A stretch of DNA of 33,838 nucleotides from Nanobdellati archaeon (GTDB taxonomy: Archaea; EX4484-52; WAPT01): assembly GCA_015520605.1 (NCBI GenBank), contig WAPT01000012.1, positions 1-33,838 of the forward strand, in the 5' to 3' direction. Both the position numbers and the translations under genes were made by a program. Numbering within the stretch: position 1 is the first letter of the stretch; every line of letters starts with the position of its first letter. Below, one piece after another: positions 1 to 8,443 of this stretch. The notes beneath the pieces are model-generated. The model was not told the origin of the DNA. It did no database searches and saw only the letters and a list, made by a program, of their open reading frames with translations.

Positions 1-169
1 ATGTGTTAATTTTAGGAAGAAGATTAAACTGCTACTGCTGGATGAGGGTCTATGGTTTAAACGCGTCGTGTATTTGCTTTCCTTGTGGTGCAAGCACATG
101 TTGTTTTACTGGAATGTTGTTAAATGAGGTGATGCTTATCCGAACGGTCTCCATAGGGATATCGGTAAA

Positions 170-177
170 TTTATAAA
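170..177 (+). promoter_or_regulatory. Putative archaeal TATA box (TTTATAAA) for a leaderless DoxX-like transcript
   Basis: TTTATAAA ends 22 nt before the ATG at 200; no RBS in between. Confidence 0.5.
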
Positions 178-199
178 GAAACCCAACCTCAACAATATT

Positions 200-604
200 A
201 TGGATAAAAATTTATTAAGACCCGTATTTGGAAGCATATGGATATTTTCAGGACTATCTAAGATAATAGGATTCTCCTTCATTGTAAATTACCTCCAAAT
301 ATTCGCGGACAAATGTATGTTCGATTTTTATTCTGGATTCATAAGAAACGCTGTTATCCCGAACGCTTATCTGTTCATCTTGCTTGTCTTGATTGCTGAG
401 GTATTTACTGGACTTGCGATCTTGAGAGGTGAGATATTTGCCAAAATCGGTCTAATGTTGGCAATTTTGATGAACATTACATTTACACCGCTCATGCCTC
501 CTGCAACGTTGATCATAAATGCAGCATTCATTCTATGCGAGCTGTATATTCTTCTGAAGCTCGACTTAACCAATAACTACCTCAAAAGATGGAAAGGGTT
601 GTGA
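200..604 (+). CDS. DoxX/TQO-small-subunit-like integral membrane protein
   Basis: 134 aa, about 4 hydrophobic segments. LLR..FG.IWI.SGLSK at the N-terminus and AE...GLAIL.G mid-protein match the DoxX family pattern. Confidence 0.65.
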   Translation: MDKNLLRPVFGSIWIFSGLSKIIGFSFIVNYLQIFADKCMFDFYSGFIRNAVIPNAYLFILLVLIAEVFTGLAILRGEIFAKIGLMLAILMNITFTPLMPPATLIINAAFILCELYILLKLDLTNNYLKRWKGL

Positions 605-804
605 ACGGAGAGAGGTTATCCAAATAACGCCTATATCTTCTTAGTTAATTCATTATATTCTAATTATTTATTAGTGTTACCCTCATTTATTAGTGGCGAA
701 ATCAAGTAGAGAGGTTTTTATTTTTACCTTAAAATTTCTTTTTTGACAAATTCGGCCCCTGAATAAAAATCTTTTTATATCACGAGCTAAATAAAACAAT
801 ATTC

Positions 805-1392
805 ATGGAAGTTAGCCCAAAAGAAATAAAAGAGGCTCTCGAGAAAACATATCGTCCTCTATATTCCCTTTTCTTACCCTATCGTGTTCTTTATCTCATA
901 ACAGCTTCCAGGGATGGGGATAGCAATATAACCCTCATTTCCTTCGCAAAGTACTGGAAAGGGAAAGTAATCATACCTAACATAGCCCTTCTCAAGTCGC
1001 GAGAAAACATAAAGGAAAACAATCGGGTCGTTCTTGTAGCACCAATGCTTTACGAGTACAGAGTTAAAGGTGGGATGTTCAGAAAGATTCTCGACAGACT
1101 TTCCTACAGTATGGTGTCCTTACCCTTTTCAAAACTTGGAAGGTTGAAGGTTCGTGCTTTTCTAACGTTCTCGTTTGTTCTGAAATATCTTTTTCCACCC
1201 TCGAAGTATGTGCTGAGTCCAGCAAGAGAACCCAAGATCTACATAATAGATGGGGTGTGCGAACTGAAATCCGACGGTGAAGAATTCGAAAATATGGAAA
1301 AGCTCATAAAACTCGTAATGCCCGAAGGTTTCAAGTTGAGGGAGGTGCTGGTGATAGAACCTCACGAGATAAATGTGGAAAAGCCGTGGTGA
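805..1392 (+). CDS. Pyridoxamine 5'-phosphate oxidase-like (FMN-binding split barrel) protein with internal insertion
   Basis: YLITASRDGDSNI, KSRENIKENNRVVLV, IIDGVCELKSDGEEFE and VLVIEPHEI follow the archaeal PNPOx-like pattern (TAS.DG.PN / K..N+.ENP+V / G.A.....G..FE). TATA-like TTTTATAT at 773-780. Confidence 0.6.
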   Translation: MEVSPKEIKEALEKTYRPLYSLFLPYRVLYLITASRDGDSNITLISFAKYWKGKVIIPNIALLKSRENIKENNRVVLVAPMLYEYRVKGGMFRKILDRLSYSMVSLPFSKLGRLKVRAFLTFSFVLKYLFPPSKYVLSPAREPKIYIIDGVCELKSDGEEFENMEKLIKLVMPEGFKLREVLVIEPHEINVEKPW

Positions 1393-1394
1393 AA

Positions 1395-2444
1395 ATGGAG
1401 GTTGACATACTGAAGAAAATACTAGAGAGACGTCTGGAAGACGAAGCGAAGGGTGTGGATAGTGAGATAAACATAACAGAGAAAATGAAGCAACTGATAG
1501 AGAAAAACCGTAGCGATCTGTTTCACTCAACCATCCCGTTTAATTTCCATCTCCTTTCTTGGTGGGAAAATGGTACACACAAGACTTTGTTCATAAGAGA
1601 GGCAAAAGTTGTAGGGAGGAACAGAATTTTCATACCCACAAATGCGAAAATACGGGGTAGAGCCAGCTTTATAGTGTGTCAGTACGCGAAGATGATTGAG
1701 GATAAGGTTTCTGGCTGCGTGGAAATTGAGGCACTGCCGGTCACGCGTATGGTGGGATGGCAGTTTAAGGGGAAAGCCCTACCCCACAACCGCGGTGTAA
1801 TTCTTCTTGTTGATGAAGTTTACTGTGCCATTAGCGGGAAAAAGCTGCAAGAGACATCCGAAAGATATAAGGAGAAGTTGATAAAAAGTATCGTGAAGTT
1901 CTTCTACGAGATTTCTGGCCCGGTAGCTTTGAGAATAGCGAATCAGGCGTTAAAAGAGAGAGGTGTGGTGGTTGGGGGAGACTTTTCCATAAAAGGTGAA
2001 GTTGAGAATGTGGACTACAAAGAGTTAGTAGACATTTTGGTGGATAGTTATGCTCAAATTTTTGGAGAGAGGTTAAGTAGAAACATTCCAAAGCTACTCG
2101 AGAGCATAAGCGAAAGCCTCAGAAGTGCACCCGTTCAGAAATGGATGGCCAGACCGATAAAATCGCGCGGGGTGCATGAGAGAGAGGAAGAAGAGCTAAT
2201 AATCGATATCGTGAAGTTCTTCTACGAGATTTCTGGCCCGGTAGCTTTGAGAATAGCAAACGAGGTGCTGGAAAAAAGCGGCATGTTTATGCAAAGAGAC
2301 TTCACTATCAAATACCGTACAGAATCTCCCGTAAACTATGAAGAGATCATAAGTCGCCTAATAAAGAGATACGCTAAGATCTTTGGAGAAAGACTGGCGG
2401 GAAGGGCCCGGAGGAGAGATGATATGAAGGGAACATATCGTTAG
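1395..2444 (+). CDS. Hypothetical protein: degenerate PNPOx-like barrel plus two tandem copies of a ~70-aa helical domain
   Basis: GWQFKGKA...LLVDEVY resembles the PNPOx C-terminal strands. IVKFFYEISGPVALRIAN...YAxIFGERL occurs twice. Start moved to ATG 1395, which follows GGTGA overlapping the upstream stop. Confidence 0.55.
   Translation: MEVDILKKILERRLEDEAKGVDSEINITEKMKQLIEKNRSDLFHSTIPFNFHLLSWWENGTHKTLFIREAKVVGRNRIFIPTNAKIRGRASFIVCQYAKMIEDKVSGCVEIEALPVTRMVGWQFKGKALPHNRGVILLVDEVYCAISGKKLQETSERYKEKLIKSIVKFFYEISGPVALRIANQALKERGVVVGGDFSIKGEVENVDYKELVDILVDSYAQIFGERLSRNIPKLLESISESLRSAPVQKWMARPIKSRGVHEREEEELIIDIVKFFYEISGPVALRIANEVLEKSGMFMQRDFTIKYRTESPVNYEEIISRLIKRYAKIFGERLAGRARRRDDMKGTYR
1889..1939 (+). 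repeat. 51-bp exact direct repeat, copy 1
   Basis: TATCGTGAAGTTCTTCTACGAGATTTCTGGCCCGGTAGCTTTGAGAATAGC, identical to 2207-2257. Confidence 0.95.
2207..2257 (+). repeat. 51-bp exact direct repeat, copy 2
   Basis: Identical to 1889-1939, offset 318 bp (106 codons, in frame). Confidence 0.95.
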
Positions 2445-2569
2445 GGCTAAATATTTGACTTTATTATGTTTCCTGCATTCTGAACCAACTTTCACCAAAG
2501 ATTGGTTGTGGTGGTTATCACCACACTCATCAAAAAACTTTATATTTGCCTTCAACCAAAGTCACTATC

Positions 2570-2653
2570 ATGGATGTTGCAAGCGTGATCGTATCGATTG
2601 TTATGATGACTCTTGTAGTGATCGGTGCGGGCTTGCTCTTCATGTCCGGATGA
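2570..2653 (+). CDS. Putative 27-aa single-pass membrane microprotein (MDVASVIVSIVMMTLVVIGAGLLFMSG)
   Basis: Translated by hand; below the ORF-track size. Almost entirely hydrophobic. A-rich BRE-like run plus TTTATAT (2539-2545) ends 24 nt before the ATG. Fits the gap before the gltX promoter. Confidence 0.55.
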   Translation: MDVASVIVSIVMMTLVVIGAGLLFMSG

Positions 2654-2723
2654 AGCGAAAAGGATGTGCTATGTAACACGCTTGGCAGTTTCTTTAAAAA
2701 ATATTGCTTCTCATAACACAAAC

Positions 2724-4436
2724 ATGACCGGACTCGAAGAACTGGCATTAAAGATGGCTCTCATAAATGCTCTTCAGCATGATGGAAAAGCTTGTGAAAA
2801 ACCTGTTATCGGGATGATTCTCAGAGAGAACCCCGAATTTAAAAGAGACGTAAGGGCTGTGGTGGAAGCTGTAAGTAAAGCTGTGCAGCGCGTCAATTCC
2901 ATGAGCAGAGAGGAGATGGAGGAGTTAGCATCAGAACTCGGAGTTGTGGTGGAAGAGAAAGGAAAGAGGAAAGAAGAGGAGCCAAAATTACCACCTTTGC
3001 CAAAAGCCGAGAAAGGCAAAGTTGTAATGAGAATAGCCCCGTTTCCTTCTGGGCCGATTCACATCGGCAACGCGAGACCCTTCATACTTAATGATGAATA
3101 CGTTAAGATGTACGAAGGCAGGTTGATTCTTGTTTTTGATGACACGATAGGAGGTGGCGGAAAAGAGATAGATCCAGAAGCTTACGATCTCATTCCTGAA
3201 GGACTGGAATGGCTTGGCGTTAAGTGGCATGAAGTGGTTTACAAGTCTGATAGGCTTGAGATATATTACGAGTACGCAAGGAAGCTGATAGAAATGGGCA
3301 AGGCTTATGTCTGCTTCTGTGATGTTGACACGCTGAGGGAGAACAGGAGAAAGGGTATCGAGTGCGAGCACAGGAACCACAGTATCGAGGAGAATCTTGA
3401 GTATTTTGAAAAGATGTTATCCAACCATTATAGGGAGGGGGAGGCATCCCTCAGAATAAAGACGGATATGAAACATCCAAACCCAGCTTTTAGAGATAGA
3501 GTACTTATGAGAATAAGCGAGAAGGAACATCCCCGTGTCGGTAAAAAATACGTTGTATGGCCGCTGCTTGAGTTTTCTTGGGCTATCGACGACCACCTGC
3601 TCAACATCACCCACATCGTGAGGGGCAAGGATCTGATGATGGAAACGGAAATGGAGCGCTTCATCTGGGAGATATTCGGGTGGAATCATCCGGTGATAAT
3701 TCACACGGGACTCATGAGAATAGAGGGTATAAAGCTGAGTAAGAGCAAGTTCCAGAAGGAGGTAAGAGAGGGCAAGTTCATGGGGTGGCATGATCCGCGC
3801 ACATGGAGTATGCAGTCTTTAAGAAAAAGGGGCATAACGCCCGAGGCTGTAAGGCACTTCGTACTTTCGGTGGGGATAAGTGAAGCAGATATAACCGTGC
3901 CGGTGGACGCACTTTACAAGGAGAACCGAAGGATTATAGATCCGATAGCCAACAGGTACTTTTTCGTTCACGACCCGGTAAAAGTGTCCATAATAAATAC
4001 ATCACCCACAACGATTAGAGTCCCTCTCCATCCTGACTTTAGGGAGAGGGGTTACAGAGAGATAAGAGTTAGTAAGGAAGTCTACATATGCAGGGAAGAT
4101 GCGGAAATCCTGCGGAAGGAGGGAATGATAAGGCTTAAGGACTTCATTAACATAAGGCTCGTTGATCAGGAAGATGATACTCTGATTGTAGGAAGTATTG
4201 GTGATGGTGGTGTAGACCTCAGAAAGATTAGAAAGGTTCAGTGGGTGCCCACCGACGAAAACATAAAGTTAAAAGTAATAATGCCCGACGCGTCCGTGGT
4301 TGAGGGTCTTGCCGAGCTGAACTGTGCCGAACTCAAGAGTGATGAAGTGGTTCAGTTCGAGCGTTTCGGTTTCTGCAGGATAGAGAGCAATGATAAACTT
4401 AATAAAGAATTGCTCGCATATTATACACACAGGTGA
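2724..4436 (+). CDS. gltX: Glutamate--tRNA ligase (archaeal type)
   Basis: RIAPFPSGPIHIGN (HIGH motif), KLSKS (KMSKS motif), YVCFC Zn-site, GWHDPR, C-terminal QFERFGFCRI, archaeal N-terminal ALINA..HDGKA. Start reassigned to ATG 2724, 23 nt after TTTAAAAA (2693-2700). Confidence 0.97.
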   Translation: MTGLEELALKMALINALQHDGKACEKPVIGMILRENPEFKRDVRAVVEAVSKAVQRVNSMSREEMEELASELGVVVEEKGKRKEEEPKLPPLPKAEKGKVVMRIAPFPSGPIHIGNARPFILNDEYVKMYEGRLILVFDDTIGGGGKEIDPEAYDLIPEGLEWLGVKWHEVVYKSDRLEIYYEYARKLIEMGKAYVCFCDVDTLRENRRKGIECEHRNHSIEENLEYFEKMLSNHYREGEASLRIKTDMKHPNPAFRDRVLMRISEKEHPRVGKKYVVWPLLEFSWAIDDHLLNITHIVRGKDLMMETEMERFIWEIFGWNHPVIIHTGLMRIEGIKLSKSKFQKEVREGKFMGWHDPRTWSMQSLRKRGITPEAVRHFVLSVGISEADITVPVDALYKENRRIIDPIANRYFFVHDPVKVSIINTSPTTIRVPLHPDFRERGYREIRVSKEVYICREDAEILRKEGMIRLKDFINIRLVDQEDDTLIVGSIGDGGVDLRKIRKVQWVPTDENIKLKVIMPDASVVEGLAELNCAELKSDEVVQFERFGFCRIESNDKLNKELLAYYTHR

Positions 4437-4440
4437 AAAA

Positions 4441-5262
4441 ATGCCCGCCAAAACAAAAAGAAGTATTGATGATGAGCTCAAAGAGCTGGAAAAAGAGTTG
4501 AAGGAAATTGCTTCTAATGTTGAAAATCTCACATCCCAACATAAAAGGGAACCTGCCGCTTCTCCAGCGCCTCCAGCCGCGGAGGAAAAAACCCAAAAAA
4601 CAGAAAAGGCAGGGGGGAAAATGGGTGAAACCGGAAACTCCGCGAAACTGAGAACAATTAATGTCGAGAAAGAAAAGATCGAAATCGTTCCTTCTGAGAC
4701 TGAAGAGTATGTGGATCTTGATGATAATAAGCTGGAGGAGCTCGCTTCGAGCGGTAAAAGGACCCCCACGTCATCGGCACATTCTCAACAACCACAATTT
4801 CTGCCCCATAGTGCCTTGAATATGCAAAGCGATGGGGTAAAGGGAGAGGGGGTGGAAGTGGAAGCCCCGGAATTACCTTCCCCTATTGAGGATTTAAAAC
4901 CCGTTAGCGAGGAGATACTTCTGGATGGAGTGAATGTCGAGGGGAAGGAAACTGTGACGGATGGAAAAGGAGAAGTGCTCGCCATTCAGGAAGCTGGCAA
5001 AAGCGAGAAAATCGGTGAGAAGCTCGTCACCTCCAGATCGATTGTTGAGGTCGAAGGGCCGGTTTTCGTTAGCCTTACACGGTACAGAGAGATTGTGAGA
5101 ATGCTGAACGAGATAGGCGAGGTAACGAGAGATCTTGATGCACTTATAAGGGAGATGAAGAGTACACGTTCGAAGGGTGTGGAAGAGCTTGAGAAGTGCG
5201 TGGAGCATCTCCAGAGAATGGAGGAGAGAGTCGAGACGCTCATCAAGATCATGCGAATATGA
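4441..5262 (+). CDS. Hypothetical protein: N-terminal coiled coil, long acidic/Pro-rich linker, C-terminal coiled-coil domain
   Basis: Start at ATG 4441, 4 nt after the gltX stop, preceded by AGGTGA. Heptad pattern at both ends; C-terminal PVFVSLTRYREIV domain. Confidence 0.7.
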   Translation: MPAKTKRSIDDELKELEKELKEIASNVENLTSQHKREPAASPAPPAAEEKTQKTEKAGGKMGETGNSAKLRTINVEKEKIEIVPSETEEYVDLDDNKLEELASSGKRTPTSSAHSQQPQFLPHSALNMQSDGVKGEGVEVEAPELPSPIEDLKPVSEEILLDGVNVEGKETVTDGKGEVLAIQEAGKSEKIGEKLVTSRSIVEVEGPVFVSLTRYREIVRMLNEIGEVTRDLDALIREMKSTRSKGVEELEKCVEHLQRMEERVETLIKIMRI

Positions 5263-5439
5263 AGGATTGCACACCGACCATAACCACAGAAAACACCATT
5301 AAAACCAGACGAAAGGATCTGAATTCGGCAATCTTGCAGTCTGCTGTTGCCATCGGCACCACCAAGAGTGAGAGACTCGGTGCGGGTTACTTCGTTTTTC
5401 ATGCTTCCTGTTGCTTTTCTGTGCCGACATTAGATTTAA

Positions 5440-5462
5440 AAATATATCGAATCGATATATTT
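5440..5462. promoter_or_regulatory. Perfect palindrome AAATATATCGA-A-TCGATATATTT overlapping a TATA box; candidate PadR operator
   Basis: 11-bp arms with a 1-nt spacer. Overlaps TTTAAAAA (5435-5442) upstream of the operon that encodes PadR. Confidence 0.7.
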
Positions 5463-5515
5463 GTTGGTTTGATCGTGTGGTCAGGCGCATAAATAAGATG
5501 TTTGGGGTGGTGTGC

Positions 5516-6772
5516 ATGGAAAATGTAAGTTATGGTGGGGGTTCGGAAGGACTGCGGATGTTCAGAATTATCTGTGCTTTTCTCTTCGCTACGTGTTTTT
5601 TCCTGACGGTAACCGGCGCGACTGTGTTCGCTGAACCACACCTGAATGTAGTGGAAGTTAAGTACTTGCCATATCCTGCTGAAGCGGGCAAGGATCTGAA
5701 CCTCTGGATACTTCTTCAGAACACGGGAGATAAAAATGCGAGTGGAGTCAGCTGTCAGCTCTTGGAGGAGTTTCCGTTTTACCTGCTACCGGAAGAGAAC
5801 GCAACGTATTATGTGGGAGACTTGATACCTGGTAAGGACGCTCTAATCCAGTTCAGGCTGAGTGTTGATCCCCGGGCCAACGAAGGGTGGAAGGAACTAA
5901 AAGTGAGGTGTACCGCAAGCGACGGTGCGATCTGGGTGGAGAAAAAGTTGTCCATCTATGTGAAGGTTAACAGACCGGAACTCATAGTCACCAAACTTTC
6001 AAGCTCGCCCTCGAGACTGATCCCGGATACGCAGGAAAACGCAATAGAAGTTGGTGTTGCGAATGTTGGAGACGCACCAGCTTACGGGGTAGTTGCAAAA
6101 CTCGTTTTGCCCGATGGGTTTAAACCGTCTTACACTTACAGCGATTTGGTCGGTCTCGGAACTCTGAAGGAGGGAGAAAATAAAAAAGCGACTTTTTACG
6201 TTGATGTCGATGCCGGAGTTGCTCCGGGTGTTTACAACGCGACGCTCGTCCTAAATTATGTGGAGAGGTATGCCGGTAAAATCTATAAGAAGACTATAAA
6301 GGAGAAAATACCCATAGAAATACCCTCTTATCCGAAGGTCGTTATCACGAAATACACCACCGAGCCATCTCCTGTTCCGCAGGGTAGTGAGGGAAAGCTG
6401 AAAATCCTCGTCAGAAACGTGGGCGAGGAAAAAGCCGAGAGCGTGTCCCTGAGGGTGTTGAAGAACTCACTCGTACCGATCTCGCTGGATTCGAGGTACG
6501 ACTATGTCGGCACCCTTGAAAAAGGAGAGAACGGCACGGCGATCTTCACCTTCACCGTGGACGACAATGCCGTGCCCAAGGACTACAAACTGAGAATCGA
6601 GTTGAGGTATCTGGCGGGCAATAACGTAGTCACAAGGGACGATTACATCACGATAACTGTCGTGAGCAGAAAAGGAAGGATTTATCATAGTATTGCAGCG
6701 GTGTTGCTCGTCTGCGCATTCATCGTGGTTCTGCTCTACGGAACGAGCTCGAGAAAAAATAAGAAAAAATGA
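5516..6772 (+). CDS. COG1361-type S-layer domain / Ig-like (CARDB-like) surface protein with signal peptide and C-terminal TM anchor
   Basis: Three repeats of P..G....L.I.L.N.G...A..V ... +G.L..G......F...VD..A..G.Y.....L.Y. Hydrophobic signal segment from M at 5558; C-terminal TM plus basic tail. Start is 5516 (GGGGTGGTG RBS) or 5558. Confidence 0.8.
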   Translation: MENVSYGGGSEGLRMFRIICAFLFATCFFLTVTGATVFAEPHLNVVEVKYLPYPAEAGKDLNLWILLQNTGDKNASGVSCQLLEEFPFYLLPEENATYYVGDLIPGKDALIQFRLSVDPRANEGWKELKVRCTASDGAIWVEKKLSIYVKVNRPELIVTKLSSSPSRLIPDTQENAIEVGVANVGDAPAYGVVAKLVLPDGFKPSYTYSDLVGLGTLKEGENKKATFYVDVDAGVAPGVYNATLVLNYVERYAGKIYKKTIKEKIPIEIPSYPKVVITKYTTEPSPVPQGSEGKLKILVRNVGEEKAESVSLRVLKNSLVPISLDSRYDYVGTLEKGENGTAIFTFTVDDNAVPKDYKLRIELRYLAGNNVVTRDDYITITVVSRKGRIYHSIAAVLLVCAFIVVLLYGTSSRKNKKK

Positions 6773-6815
6773 CGCCCCTCTCGTTCATGGTTGGTGTGCC
6801 CGGAGTTGAGTCGAT

Positions 6816-7430
6816 ATGGAAGGAGATAATACTAAAAAAGCTGATAATAAAGGGGATGCGGGTGTTAGTCTCTCACGCATCATCATTCCCCGGGGATTCC
6901 TCAAGGCCCACATACTTTATGCGCTATCCATGGGGGAGGCACACGGCTACGAGATAAGGCAGAGGATATTCAAAGAAACGGGATTCTGGAGACCGTCTTT
7001 CGGTACGCTCTATCCGCTTCTCCGAAAGATGAGGGAGGAGGGCTTGATAGAAGTAAGGGAAGAGGGCCCCAGAAGGAAGGTGTATGCGCTGACAGCCAAA
7101 GGTATGGAGCTTGCGGAGAAAATAGCGAGGGTCAGAGACGAACTGAGAGATAAGGTGTATCAGATGCTGGGCCTGTCAACCGGAATGAACGCGGATGAGA
7201 TCAGGTATATTTTTGAGAGTATGAGCAAAGAGGGGATGCCCTCCAGGGAAAGGTGCGAAAGGATACTGGATTTGCTTCATTCGATCGTCAAAAACGTTAT
7301 GCTTGCGCTTTCAAGCACGGATGCCGATATAGATAATATAGAGATGGTACTCCAAGATGCGGAGGAAAAAATCAGAAGCGTGAGGAGTAAAAAAGCAGGA
7401 TCAAAGAAGATCTGTGGTGCTGAAAAATGA
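6816..7430 (+). CDS. PadR-family transcriptional regulator
   Basis: RGFLKAHILYAL...HGYEI...PSFGTLYPLL..M.EEGLI...RRKVYALTAKG. Confidence 0.9.
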   Translation: MEGDNTKKADNKGDAGVSLSRIIIPRGFLKAHILYALSMGEAHGYEIRQRIFKETGFWRPSFGTLYPLLRKMREEGLIEVREEGPRRKVYALTAKGMELAEKIARVRDELRDKVYQMLGLSTGMNADEIRYIFESMSKEGMPSRERCERILDLLHSIVKNVMLALSSTDADIDNIEMVLQDAEEKIRSVRSKKAGSKKICGAEK

Positions 7431-8443
7431 AGGGGAAAGGAAAGATGATGATAGATGCCAGAAATCTAACTAAAGTCTATCCTAATGGGATGAGAGCGGT
7501 AGACGGCGTTTCGTTCAGCGTTAAGAAGGGTGTTATCTTCGGGTTTTTAGGGCCGAATGGTGCGGGCAAGACGACAACACAAAAAATTCTGTGCACCCTC
7601 CTAAAGCCAACAAGCGGTGAGGTAACTGTTGCTGGATACGATGTTGTCAGAGAGGCTTCGAAAGTTAGAGAGGTAATAGGTGTTGTGTTTCAGGATCCTG
7701 CTCTTGATGAGAAACTTACCGGTCGGGAGAATCTCGAATATCATGCAAGACTTTATGGGATGGACGGAAAAGAAATAAAGCGCAGGATCAGAGAGCTGTC
7801 AGAGTTTTTTGAATTTGGAGATGAGCTCGACAGACTTGTGGCATCTTACTCGGGTGGGATGAGAAGAAAGCTGGAGATAGCGAGAAGCGTGATGCATGAC
7901 CCGGATGTGTTATTTCTCGATGAGCCTACGGTTGGACTTGATGCTCATACTCGAAGAAAGTTATGGAACTACATCCTGGAGATGAGAAAAAACAGAAAGC
8001 TCACGATCTTTCTGACCACGCACTACATCGAAGAGGCTGAGAGGTTGTGCGATGAGGTCGCCATAATGAACAAGGGCAGAATCGTCGCAGGGGGCACGTG
8101 CGATGAGCTCAAGAGGAAGTTCGGCAGAAAGAGCATTCTCATATCATTTCCCAGCTTGGAGGAGAAGGAAAAGGCCCTTAGACTGATCGAGAACATTTCA
8201 GGTATTAGGATTATCACCGAGCGCGATAGGGATGTGGAGGTGCAGCACCCGGATATGGATGAGATCGTGCTGATGAGGGAGATCCAGAACACTCTGCTCA
8301 ACAGAGTGGAGGTTGTTGAGATGAGGATGAAATTCCCATCGCTTGAGGATGTTTACGTGGAACTCACTGAAGATACGGATGGAGGCGGTAGCGGGCATAG
8401 TATTGGTGGGTTCGTGGTGCGGAGAATGATGCATGTCGGGTGA
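7427..8443 (+). CDS. ABC-2 type exporter ATP-binding protein (DrrA-like)
   Basis: Walker A GPNGAGKTT, signature YSGGM, Walker B LFLDEPT, H-loop LTTHY, C-terminal PSLEDVY. Confidence 0.95.
   Translation: MKGKGKMMIDARNLTKVYPNGMRAVDGVSFSVKKGVIFGFLGPNGAGKTTTQKILCTLLKPTSGEVTVAGYDVVREASKVREVIGVVFQDPALDEKLTGRENLEYHARLYGMDGKEIKRRIRELSEFFEFGDELDRLVASYSGGMRRKLEIARSVMHDPDVLFLDEPTVGLDAHTRRKLWNYILEMRKNRKLTIFLTTHYIEEAERLCDEVAIMNKGRIVAGGTCDELKRKFGRKSILISFPSLEEKEKALRLIENISGIRIITERDRDVEVQHPDMDEIVLMREIQNTLLNRVEVVEMRMKFPSLEDVYVELTEDTDGGGSGHSIGGFVVRRMMHVG

Noticed and set aside
1-199. Gene fragment or small ORF at the left edge (open + frame to 126; 34-aa minus ORF starting at 154)
   Set aside because: Neither translation shows recognisable features; cannot choose without upstream sequence.
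1889-2257. Diversity-generating retroelement TR/VR pair
   Set aside because: The copies are identical rather than differing at adenines, both lie in frame within one gene, and no reverse transcriptase is in the window.
2625-2723. N-terminal extension of GltX in the ORF track
   Set aside because: Recognisable GluRS sequence begins near M2724, which has its own TATA box. The extension overlaps the microprotein ORF and the promoter.
5263-5430. Structured ncRNA between the coiled-coil gene and the export operon
   Set aside because: Only a weak hairpin (GCACC..GAGT-GAGAG-ACTC-GGTGC); no tRNA, SRP or riboswitch consensus seen.
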